This document shows, piece by piece, positions 32,560 to 60,496 of a stretch of 64,000 bases of DNA. Every line of letters begins with the position of its first letter. Within the stretch, counting starts at the first letter, position 1. This stretch comes from Hormiphora californensis (Eukaryota; Animalia; Ctenophora). Made by a program: the position numbers and the translations under genes. Location: positions 3,224,001 through 3,288,000 of the forward strand of contig CM035350.1 of the NCBI GenBank assembly GCA_020137815.1, written 5' to 3'. The notes below the pieces were generated by a model, which was not told where the DNA came from, ran no database searches, and was given only the letters and a program-made list of their open reading frames with translations.

Positions 32560-35008
32560 GCTTGAGATTTCCTACCAGATAAACTTTGAAACAAATGGGA
32601 TAAATCTACCAGTGATGCCACACTGAACATTGCACAAGAAGAAACGGAAGTCAAACCAGTTGCTAAGAATCTCGGCGTCATGGTCGATAGCGAACTCACG
32701 ATGTCCCAGCACGTCTCCAGAGTTGTTCAGTCGTGCAACTACCAACTCGTCAACATGTGGAGAATTGCAGGCAAACTGAACAAAAAGCAAAAGACCCAAC
32801 TTGTGAACTCACTGATACACTCAAAGATTGATTATTGTAGCGCTCTACTGATAGGTCTCAAAGACAAGGATGTGAAGCGTCTTCAGAAGCTACAGAACTC
32901 TGCCACTCGCTTTGTCCATGGTAAACGTAGCAGACGTGGTGTAACAGATCTACGGAAAAAAATCCCACTTCCTACCTGTTAGACACAGAATAGAATATAA
33001 GATCTGTATGATGGTATACAAATCCCTGAATAATGGGACGCCTGGATACATATCAGAAATGCTACAAAGACGGAAACAAAAACCGATGAGTTTAAGAGTC
33101 GATTGTGACACGACAAGACTGGAAGAGGTACACAGTAACTACAACTACAAAACCACTGAGAGAGCTTTTAGTATAGCTGCTCCGAGGATCTGGAATCGCC
33201 TACCTAAAGAAATTCGAACCACAGAAACCTTGCCGATGTTTAAAAAGGCCTTGAAAACCCATATGTTTACTTTGGCTTATGGACCTGAATAAACCTCACT
33301 CGGCATTATATCAGTACCGCACCATCTTCCCGGCACAAATCTACCTGCATCATTTCCTGGGCACCCAGTCCAGTTAACTTCACAGTAAATCTGTTGTTTT
33401 CCCCCAGGCTCCAGCTCCGCACATAAACGCCTCATTATTCCCTGCCTATAATATTCCTTGCATGCGGTTCTAAATCTGATCCTTTTTCACAACTTTTGGG
33501 AAATAGATCCCTCCCTTTGCCTTACCTGGTTCGTTCCTGGGTTCCCGTGTCCTGTCTGCTGTCTCTCGCTATCACTGCCACCACTACCCTACTTCCAGAC
33601 CCACACTCCAGGTCCCTTATATCCCACCTATGACCTGCTGTCTAAATCCTACATCATTCCTTCCTGGAACTAAATAGTCTGCCTCCCTGTCCTTACATGG
33701 TTCGCTCCTGGGCTCTCGTGTCCTGTCTGCTGTCTCTCGCGATCACTGCCATCACGCCCTATTTCCAGACCCACACTCCAGCTCCCTTATATCCCACCTA
33801 TGACCTGCTTTCTCAATCCTATATCATTTCTTCCTGGAACTAAATAGTCTACCTCCCTGTCCTTACCTGGTTCGTACCTAGGTTCTCGTGTCCTGTCTGC
33901 TGTCTCTCGCTACCATTGCCACCACGCCCTATTTCCAGACCCACACTCCAGCTCCCCTATATCCCACCTATGACCTGCTTTCTCAATCCTACATCATTTC
34001 TTCCTGCAGTTCCATGGAACTAAATAGTCTGCCTCCCTGTCCTTACCTGGTTCGTTCCTGGGTTTCCCGTGTCCTAGGTGCTGTCTCTTCTTCCAGACCC
34101 TCTTTCCAGCTTCCTTACATCCCACCTGACCTACTGTCTCTACTCTGCACCATTCCTTCCTATATTCCTTCCTACATCCCTTCCTACTTTCTACACCATT
34201 CCTTCCTACATCTACCTGAGACTTAGTAGAGGGACCATCTATGACTGAGTCAATGAGTTAATATTTTCAAGTGTGCATTTTGTGTAAATTGTTAACATTT
34301 TCTGGCCTCTGAGTTGTTTAGCAGAGTTTGAGTAGCTGAGGTTCCAGACTGGCTGAGTTTTATGCCGAAGAATGAAGAAAGAAGACCATACACACCGTTT
34401 TTCTCAATACGTTTTTCTCGATAAAAAACTTGTCAAGGATACCGTTTTTCTCAATACGTTTTTCTCGATAAAAAACTTGTCAAGGATACCGTTTTTCTCA
34501 ATACGTTTTTCTCGATAAAAAACTTGTCAAGGACTCTTCAGTGAGTGTGTGTTTGAAGGACAGCTAATTTATTATTTATTTATTACCGAATCTGTGTGTA
34601 TGTGTTTGTGATTGTCTGTTTGTCTGTGAATGTGTTTGTACGTGTGTTAGTATGTTTTTGTATTAACCGTTTTGTATTGACTGCTGATGTTGTGTTTTGC
34701 GTCTGTGACTTTGTGTATTCTGTTTAATCTGTTTTTATGTTTGTCTGCTTGTTTTGTTAGTTCGTTACCTTGTTTTCTATAACCCCTTGTTCCTCGTATT
34801 TTGTGCATCTAATGCTACTAGGATGTGTATCACTGTCTCTAAGTATTGTTTAAACCGCTTTAGGAAACCGCTGATGTGAACTGTATATTTTCACCTCTCA
34901 GCCTTGTATCACTTTATTAGTGTATGGTGTAAGAGCGGGACGAAGTTATATATTAATTGTGTGACTTTGTGATAAATTGTGCGTAAACTTAAACTTAAAC
35001 TTAAACTT
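32560..35008 (+). mobile_element. 5'-truncated L2-clade LINE (RT C-terminus with frameshift near 32960, long 3' UTR with ~178-bp and ~47-bp tandem repeats, (CTTAAA)n tail)
   Basis: KNLGVMVDSELTMSQHV...LIHSKIDYCSALL...LQKLQNSATRFV...FLPVRHRIEYKI...RAFSIAAPRIWNRLP...FKKALKTHMF. Confidence 0.88.
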
Positions 35009-35582
35009 GAATTAGTACAAGCGGTTGAGCGGTTTGGTGGTTAGAGCTATTTTAGTACAGGGTACTTTTTTTTCGAAGTGTCTACCTCACACCTGTAAAC
35101 ATTTAACACCCAGAGGCCAGATCATAACGGCGCCCCGCTCGAGTGTGGTAGTCAGGAAGTAAGTTAGTGTTCAGTCGTGCCCAAAAAAGGGATGTTCAAA
35201 AGGGTTAGCAACTGAGCTGTTCGTCTACGTCGCTCGCAAAGTTATTCAGTGTTGAAATGATGTACTTTGGTTTTAAAGTGTGCGTTAAAAGCAAAGTAGA
35301 CACGCCTTCGTTCCTGTCAGAAATTCAAAAAGGTCTTCTTTCGTCATGTCTTAACTGCACTCTTCTGTTGTTACCATTGATTAACTGTCTGACTGTGAAC
35401 TATGTGAACTGAGTTGACATCATATAGACTCGAAACAGAGCCTAATTGTGTAGCCTAACGCCTGTTCTGCCCTAAAGATGTCCTATAGACACTCTAAAGT
35501 ATCAGACGTTCTATTGACGCTAACGTCTAAATTTTGATGGTCTAAATAACACCTTCCAATTCCCTGCAATAGAATCAAACAC

Positions 35583-51824
<16,242 letters not shown>

Positions 51825-52398
51825 ACTGTAATGTACAATGCGTGAAGAGTTAATATTGTATATAATAGGGCCATGATTATAGGGGTTGTATGGTCATGGG
51901 GTTAGACGTTGGTAGAATGGGTTTTGAGTTATTAGTGCAGTAGACGTTGGTTTCAGGAAGATATGCGTGGCAAGGATCTACCCATATATCCTGGAATTCT
52001 GCCAGGAGATCCTAGTGGAGTGTGTATAAAACAGTGTCTATAACCTCTGTACAGAAAATATTGTGTACTTGATTCTTTGTACGATTTTAAAATCCACTGG
52101 TTTCCTTTTTACAAGCACACGATACACACTTGCTAACTCGTCCTAAGAGTCAAGAGTATCAGTAGACGTATCCAGGTATTGTTTTCCCTGAGTACAAGAA
52201 TTAGCGTGTGTATTGTGTGCTAAGAAGTAAAATAAAAAACGGTTAATTTACTAGTTCATGAAGATTAGACGTGAAAAGTTTATACAAAAAAAGTTGTGCA
52301 TCGCACTCAAATATTTCTCTCCCTCTCTCGGCAAGTCCTTTTCATCTTGTCCCGCAAGGACAGTGGGCACACAGTGGCCTAGCTAAGGAGGCTCCTCT

Positions 52399-53299
52399 CT
52401 AATCGGAATCAGAGTCCAGCTGAACTCGTCGACGATCAAAGTTAACCTTAGTGGTCTTCGTGTCACTCTTGCTGACCTCCTCCAACATCTTTATCAGTTC
52501 TGCCTCTCCAATCTTCCCCATAACTTGGCCCCGTTGGAACATCTGAATCAGCATCATTTCCACTTTCTGGGCTCGTTCCGGTTTCACCTGGGCCACTGTG
52601 TTCACTGAAAAAAGGGAAATGGTCAATTTAATCAGCGGGATTCTGGATCAATCATGTTATCTAGGTTTCGCGTAGTGAGCGCGCGTTACGCGCTGAATTC
52701 TCTAATAAGAATCGGTTCGGCGGGCGCCGCCACCGGAAAAACCGTTCATTCGGAGAGAAAATGAACGTTCAATGTTGAGTGTTCTGTTCATTGAACGCAC
52801 ACCCCCACCCGGTACAACTTCAACCAATAGTGGGGTTATTTAGATACCAAGGGCTGACAGGTCCCGGTACAAGACCGAAGGAAGAGATAGCTTTATATGC
52901 GAGAACGCATTTGCTAGGGATGGGAACTTACATCGAGCCCGGGCTTTTTGGTCGAGAATTGCAGACAGCATGTTATTCTTCATCTCGTGAGCCCTGAGGG
53001 AGAGATTTGACTAATTCACAACGAATTATCCCCGAATTATCAGATTATAATATGTTGTCCGGGTCGTAATACGTCTCAAAATCGTGCTGATTTTTAAAAC
53101 TGTTATTGGGAACTTTTTTAGTCTACGGGGGCTCTACTTGAATTAAAGGTTTCCCTAGTTTACTGAATATTTGGGTACATTGAATACAATACCTGGCTTG
53201 TTGTTCTATTTGTTTGTTCTGCCCACTACCTCCACCCTGCTGTGCCTGCATCTCAGCCATTCGCTGCTTCCTTATCTCCTCGAGTCCAGCATCCTCCAT
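52399..53299 (-). CDS. PDCD5: Programmed cell death protein 5 (3 exons)
   Basis: MEDAGLEEIRKQRMAEMQ / EMKNNMLSAILDQKARARL / VKPERAQKVEMMLIQM...GKIGEAELIKMLEEVS...VNFDRRR..DSD. Confidence 0.93.
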
Positions 53300-53369
53300 T
53301 TTTACTTGAATTCTTGCTAGAAATAATGACACGTGTGAGAAATACAGTTTTGAGGAGCGTTTATGGGGG

Positions 53370-53717
<348 letters not shown>

Positions 53718-54245
53718 GAAAAAAGGAAACATAGATCAGCTTGGTCTGTCATGATAGTTAGGGGACAAGACCATTACGTGAAGCAGACTTGTTATGTTCT
53801 AACCCTTATGTTCTAACACTTGTTATGTTTTGTATTGTTCATATTGTGCAACAGCACAAGTTATGTTCTAACCCTTATGTTCTAACACACAATAAGCGTC
53901 TTGTTATGTTCTAACCCTCGGACGGGGCACGCGAAACACAGTCTAGCTAGGCAAAAGCACACCTGTGTGAGTGAGAGACATGGAAGAGAATGGAGAGAGA
54001 AAACTAGTTGCTCCCTTTGTACGGTCATTTTGTTAGATGTACCACGGACATTTATTTTTGATGATGATTGATATTTAACGGTATATTATATATATCATAT
54101 ATTTCCGTATCGTTACTGTATGCCGGCGCCATACCCCTCTTGACAGTGTGCTCAGATAGGGTCGCGACGCCATACCCCATTTGACAGTGCGCTCAGATAG
54201 CGACGCCAGACAGTATATATTTACGTCCTCCCATCTAGCACAACA

Positions 54246-55225
54246 ATGTTTTCTAACACCCTACTATTGCTGCTTCTCCCTCTCCCCTTCACGTGTTCCA
54301 ATCCCACGTGGTGTGTGAAGGGTACAGGGAGTAACTATCGTGGCACTGCCAACACAACCGCAACCGGGAGAACATGTCAGGCATGGGCAGTAGATTCACC
54401 ACACAAAATCTATATCGATTCCGTGAAGTGAGTAAAAGCTTATCAACATAATATATCCCACCTCTAACAATCACAAAATATCAATCCTATTTGGTTACGA
54501 AGTCACCCCTATTATAATTGCATATAGGGGTTACAATACCGCCTACCTAAAAATGAAAATTTACAGGACCTTCTCATGAAAAGTTATCGAAAACTTGTCT
54601 AAAACCTATCTAAAACGTATGGTACTATGTAGTTTGTATAGTAACCAGGACCTGCATTCTACAGAAAGTAGCGACCGGTAGCGATTCCACCACATGTTTA
54701 ACAATTACAAAGGTGTATGACATACCTCCATATACATGTATGGTCATGAAATTCCAATCTTGTGGAATTTATTCTGACTAGACTATAGCTTAGTTATGAA
54801 TGAATCCACCTCTAATACATTTGGAATGGCATTTTGCACATTCCTGAAGCTTTTTGTAGCCAAATTCCAGCATCTTCATAGTTTTCCAAAAACAAAAACA
54901 GTGATAATGGCCAAAATATCGAAAAATTCTGGTATGTAATGGTAGCTCAGACAATTTCCTCGGTATGTTCAAAAAATTAGAACTTTCTGTTTTGTAGTTT
55001 GGACACAGGAATTTTTTTCCGGGTGTAAGAGCGATATTATTACACCTCCGTGAGCTAGCGCAGAGGGGGAATTTCATTACCAACAATCCTATATAATTAT
55101 CAGGTATCTACATTACAATTTGATTGAGAACTATTGCCGTAACCCGACTAGTGGAACGCATGTGTGGTGCTATACTATGAACAGTAATAAGCGATGGGAA
55201 TACTGCTCAGTAACCGTGTGTCCCG
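54246..55225 (+). CDS. Secreted kringle-domain protein (exons 54246-about 54426 and 55104-55225; 3' end uncertain)
   Basis: Signal peptide, then CVKGTGSNYRGTANTTATGRTCQAW..PH | ENYCRNP..VWCYT..RWEYC..C; the phase-2 junction is in frame. Confidence 0.85.
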
Positions 55226-56149
55226 GTAATGAAATATTTGCACCAGCCGATGTTTGAAATAATACTGACCTGACTTCTTCCACAACATTTCACCCCTCCC
55301 GATCCCCTCTTCCCTCCAGTATTCTGTTGGAAATATTATTGACCTGACTACTTTCACAACATTTCACCCCTCCCCTTCCCTCCACTATTCTGGCTCACAG
55401 GGAACCCAACACAGATCAATCGCAATCGATCATTATTACTTTTCCTTTTAACCCAGATAACATGGATATTAGATTGTTTTATTGTTATAACGACGAACAT
55501 ATAGCCGCTGGTATCCCGCTAGTTTCTTTCCCCTCTCTCTTCCTCTCCGTGACCGTTTAGCGGGATGATGGTGAACTTTAGGCTTCCCTGGAGGCCCCAC
55601 GTGGCAGGCGTGGTGATTAGAAGAAGACTGTGGGCAAGAGACAGAGATCTAGAGGTTAAGAGACGGAGAACTAGAGGGCAAGAGACGGAGACCTAGAGGG
55701 CAAGAGGGAGAAACATGGGATGTGAAAGGCAAGAGGGGGAACTAGAGGGTGATAGCAGGCGAGGGATAGGAGAGGGCCAAAGTGGGAACTGGGAAACTGG
55801 AGGAAGGGCGAGAAAGGGAAAGTGATAGACTGGCCGGTGAACAATTTGTTGTAATTGTCGCCTTTCTCATTTACGCCAGGTGTTATAGAAGCCGTCGACT
55901 TTTCTTTTTTAAACTGCAGCAGACTGTAGGGTGGTCTCAATGGTGTGACAGGGTCTATAGATATTATTATATAGCCCACACTAATGATCTCTAATCGGCC
56001 AATTAAAGTGACCTATCTCTGTCGTGGTGCACGCGTATAAAACATGCACTGTTTCCAAGGCAATGATCGTGGGAGTCATGGTGAGTAACTGATTGTGAGT
56101 TTTGTTAAGATAATCTCTGAGATATTGTATTGTTTTTTCAATTACATCA

Positions 56150-57150
56150 TAGCGCTGGCAAGCGCCCGGGGCCCAATCCTCCCTCCCCCAACCATCCTTC
56201 CCTTAAAAATGTCCATTTTCCAAGCATTCTTGCTTCCATTGAATGGAAAATCGAAATTGCGAAAAAAAAAATTTTTGAATTTTTTGAAAATTTTTGAAAA
56301 TTTTGACAGCGCTACTATACTTATTGTCTGAAATCGGCAATTTCAACTTTGTTTTAGACAACCTTCCCGTTGTCCTACGAACTTGTGCTTGGTAGTTCGT
56401 GTTGCCTTGACACCTAGAGCACACGTTTTAAAATTTCATGCAAATCGGAGTTACGGTTTTTACGTTACAGAGGTCGTATTTAGACAAAAAGTCCGTTTTT
56501 CGCGTCACGAACGACCGTAAAGTAACGCAATTTTGCGTACACAATAGAGGCCACAGTTTTAAAGCTATCACCATGAAACTTTGGGAGTCGGGTAGGTCTA
56601 CTGGTGTACCTTGTATTAAAGCTTGGACAGAGGAAACGGACAGTCATAACAAAAGTTATGACTGTCTTAAGTTTTCTTTGGCGTCTAAGACAGCCTTCCC
56701 GTCGTTTTACCAATACGCCGCTTGGTACGCGGTGTTGCCTTGACATCTTGAACACACGTTTAAAATTTCAAGCAAACTGCAAATCCGAGTTGCGGTTCGT
56801 CAGTTACGGGTATCTGACTGTATTAAGATTTAAGACGATTTTCAAAAAAACCTAGAAAAGAGCAAATTAAACTACAAATCATGATTTTATCATATATATT
56901 TTGCCAACGTATGCCAACTGCTGTATTTTCAGGTATAATTGGTGGTTATATCTAGATTTATGACTGTCCTAAATTTAAGACGATTTTAAAAACACCTAGA
57001 ATGAAGCGATTCTGAGTCGAAATTAACATTGAATCAGATTTATCTTATAAAATTAAGTTTACTGCCGCATTTTTAGCTATAATTGTTAGTCATATCTAGA
57101 GTTATGACTGTCTTAAATTTAAGACGATTTTAAAAACCACCAAGAAAAGA
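56150..57150. repeat. Probable non-autonomous transposon-derived sequence with ~140-bp internal tandem units
   Basis: Repeated TGACTGT..TAA.TTTAAGACGATTTT units and duplicated GTGTTGCCTTGACA...CACACGTTTTAAAATTTCA; class not determined. Confidence 0.45.
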
Positions 57151-57744
57151 GCGAATTAGCACCTAGAACCTCATTGTATCAGATATATCTGATTATCAAT
57201 TAGTCACGGATAATGATCACGGATAAGCATTGATATGCATGATCATTATTCGTGACTAATAATCATAATCATAGAATAATCGCGGAGAACCAATTGCAGA
57301 TATCAATCGCTAATATCAATCGCTAATAACTAACCACGATATCATATCGCGAATAAGTAATATAATAGTAACCAATCGCGGATAGCTAATCGCGATAGTT
57401 GATCGCGATAACTTAGAACGGATTCGTGATCAGTTATCCTTGGTGACATTGACACCTAGTGCGTGCGAGATCGAGGTCGTGCAGCGACCGAGATCGAGCT
57501 CACACATATGTGTGTGAGCTCAATCTTGGTCGCACACGGTGTCTATGTCACCAACAGTTATCCGCGATTGGTTGTCTGCGATTACTATCATATTAGTTAT
57601 TCGCAATTGATATCCGAGATTGGATACCTGTAATTATTATTATGTAATTATTACAAATTGTAAAAGTCTGTAAATCCCGAATCCGCGTCTATTAAATTCA
57701 GCTAGTATTACAAAATGCATCATAGTATAACAAAATGCCTGATA

Positions 57745-58183
57745 CTAGATCCAAAAACCAAACAAGTTTGGTGGATAGCCGGGGCCGCAGAAATTAAAAA
57801 ACATGCGAAAGTTTCGATACATGAACTTTCGGGGCCTGGGGTGCTGTTAAATTTGCGTTTTCATGATAGCCTGCCGTTCTTTCAAAACACAATATGATTC
57901 TGTAAAACAGACTTGAAACGACCCACTGTGTGCAGTACATTATATGTGACATGTGTGGATCTGTATGTATGATAATGTGGAATAAAAAATATCGATAATT
58001 TGATAATTGCGATAGCCGATAGTTTTCCCGGCGTATAGTTTGAAAATATTGCTGGCGATAATCATGGAAACGCGAATTTAACAGCACCCCAGGCCCCGAA
58101 AGTTCATGTATCGAAACTTTCGCATGTTTTTTAATTTCTGCGGCCCCGGCTATCCACCAAACTTGTTTGGTTTTTGGATCTAG
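57745..58183. mobile_element. MITE with ~120-bp TIRs and TA TSD
   Basis: TA|CTAGATCCAAAAACCAAAC...GTTTGGTTTTTGGATCTAG|TA. Confidence 0.88.
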
Positions 58184-59160
58184 TAGTTCCAATAATTAGT
58201 ATCTAAAAGCCATTCCCCCAGCAATCTGTGATCTTTGTCAATCTGGCTAGCAAAGCGATATTTATATTTGATATCCTGTCCTCTCGAGACACCTCTGCGA
58301 TGTCTCCTGCCGGATGGGGCCTGTGTGCCTACTGTAACATTGGTAGGTTGATGAACAGCTAGTTTTGTTAAACTTTGTGTGATCTTTAATTCCTGTTTTG
58401 ACTTTTGATTAGACATCTAGTTTCTAAATCATCTTACCCCCAGCACCTAAACCCTGAATCCCCCCTGTGGTGTGTTTGTTGCTGGATGGATCCTTAACGA
58501 CCAGACTGTCATGATGCAGCGTCTCCTCAACTTCTTTGCAACATGACCATTCGTTCCTCGTGTTCTACTTTAAGAGTGGCAACAAGAAAGATGAGGAGAA
58601 GAAGAAGGACTAATGTATTTGTACATGAAATGGGATAGGAAAATGATATCTTTGTGTTATTGAAACCGTGAAAAGGAATTTTGAATCTTTAAAAAACGTA
58701 ACCTTATTTTCTTACAAAACAACTAAAAAGCTCTCTCTCTATTTGGTTTTGTCCCCATTTGCCGTTAGTGTTGCCCTTTTCCTCTGAAGGAGGGTGAAAA
58801 TAAGGACATTTAGAGACGATGTGAGGAGGTGTTGGGATGCTAGGACGCTATCTCTTTGTTCCCATACAGCAGTGTACAAACCAACTGAAAGAGGGACGGG
58901 GGGTTAGATGAGGGCGTGGGGCAGGGATAGTAGCTGTGTGTGAGGGATGTACACAAGAGAAGAGAGAGAGGGAGAGGCACTGAGCTCTGTTCCACCCCGT
59001 GAGCAGGAAGAAGTGGACAATAGAACGCGTGGCTGGTTTAGGACCCTCATCGGGGTTGTAGTGGGGCACGCGTATAAAAACCATTGCCCCACCTCCAATG
59101 ATACAGTGCAGTTACAACCAGTTTAATCAAGCGAACTTCTCCACGAACCTATCTCTCAAG

Positions 59161-59733
59161 ATGAAGCTAACTATTGCCTTTGGGTAAGTTAACTCGCAAC
59201 TTCAGTTAGTTTCTTTAGTCTTGCGTTTTCAGTTTTGAGTCAGTCGTACGATGTTTTAACCTTCTCTTCTCCCAGACTCTTCCTTGTCCTGTGCATCGGA
59301 GTTATGACTGAGGTCGAGGGACACGGTACGTTGCCACATGCTGTTACCATGGTTACCATGGTAACTCCGTTGTTACCAAGGCTACCATTGTAACTACATA
59401 AGTTTTCTAAACACCAGATTTGCTGCTGTTCAGCCTCCCTCTCCAAATACCCCATTCCCACTTGCCCTGTGCCCAACTAACCCAGCTCCCATTTCCCTCT
59501 CAGCGGCCGGCAGGAGCAACTGGATGGGCAGGAATGAGGAGAGAATCGACACTGCCGCGGAAATGAGGGACTCGGAGGAGGTTGTTGCTGCTGAGATGAT
59601 TCTGCAGAGGACGCAAGGCCCCGCCGTTAGACCCACCCGCTTTGAGAGTGAGACCTATGGGATAGAGAAAGAACCCTCCCCTAGACTAGTGGATTGGAGT
59701 CCTCCACACCCACCACACACATGGAACACTTAG
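59161..59733 (+). CDS. Small secreted protein / neuropeptide-precursor candidate (exons 59161-59183, 59276-59325, 59504-59733; 100 aa)
   Basis: MKLTIAFG|LFLVLCIGVMTEVEGH|AAGRSNWMGRNEERIDTAAEMRDSEEVV...; canonical splice sites and compatible phases. Confidence 0.75.
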
Positions 59734-59840
59734 CACACACGTTTTTTATTTCTTAAAGATGTCTTAACTTTTCTTAAACTGTGAAGGATAAAATGATTAT
59801 TTTATTTTGTCAGGGACCATGGAAGGGGGAATGGGAAAAA

Positions 59841-59949
59841 AGTCAGTCAGTCAGTCAGTCAGTCAGTCAGTCAGTCAGTCAGTCTGTCTGTCTGTCTGTC
59901 AGTCAGTCAGTCAGTCAGTCAGTCAGTCAGTCAGTCAGTCAGTCAGTCA

Positions 59950-59988
<39 letters not shown>

Positions 59989-60230
59989 AGTCAGTCAGTC
60001 AGTCAGTCAGTCAGTCAGTCAGTCAGTCAGTCAGTCAGTCAGTCAGTCAGTCAGTCAGTCAGTCAGTCAGTCAGTCAGTCAGTCAGTCAGTCAGTCAGTC
60101 AGTCAGTCAGTCAGTCAGTCACAGTCAGTCAGTCAGTCAGTCAGTCAGTCAGTCAGTCAGTCAGTCAGCAGTCAGTCAGTCAGTCAGTCAGTCAGTCAGT
60201 CAGTCAGTCAGTCAGTCAGTCAGTCAGTCA

Positions 60231-60273
<43 letters not shown>

Positions 60274-60287
60274 AGTCAGTCAGTCAG
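59841..60287. repeat. (CAGT)n/(CTGT)n microsatellite
   Basis: Directly visible. Confidence 0.97.
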
Positions 60288-60496
60288 AGAGAAAGAGAAA
60301 GAGAAAGAGAAAGAGAAAGAGAGAAAGGGAGAGAAATATAGTGATCGAGAGAATAGTGGGATATATCAAAACAGCGTGCAAATCAATAAAAGTCGACACA
60401 TGTTTGACTAGAAATTGGCCACAAATTATAGTTTTAGTTAAATTTATAAAAATTTCAATAACTCCTCTCGGTATAATTTTCAAATAAAACAATTGT

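Noticed and set aside
59020-59065. Possible second hammerhead (minus strand CCGAUGAGGGUCC...ACGCGU)
   Set aside because: Core is CCGAUGA rather than CUGAUGA, and GAAA is missing.
59781-60487. SQSV-repeat ORFs of 186 and 226 aa
   Set aside because: Translations of a (CAGT)n microsatellite.
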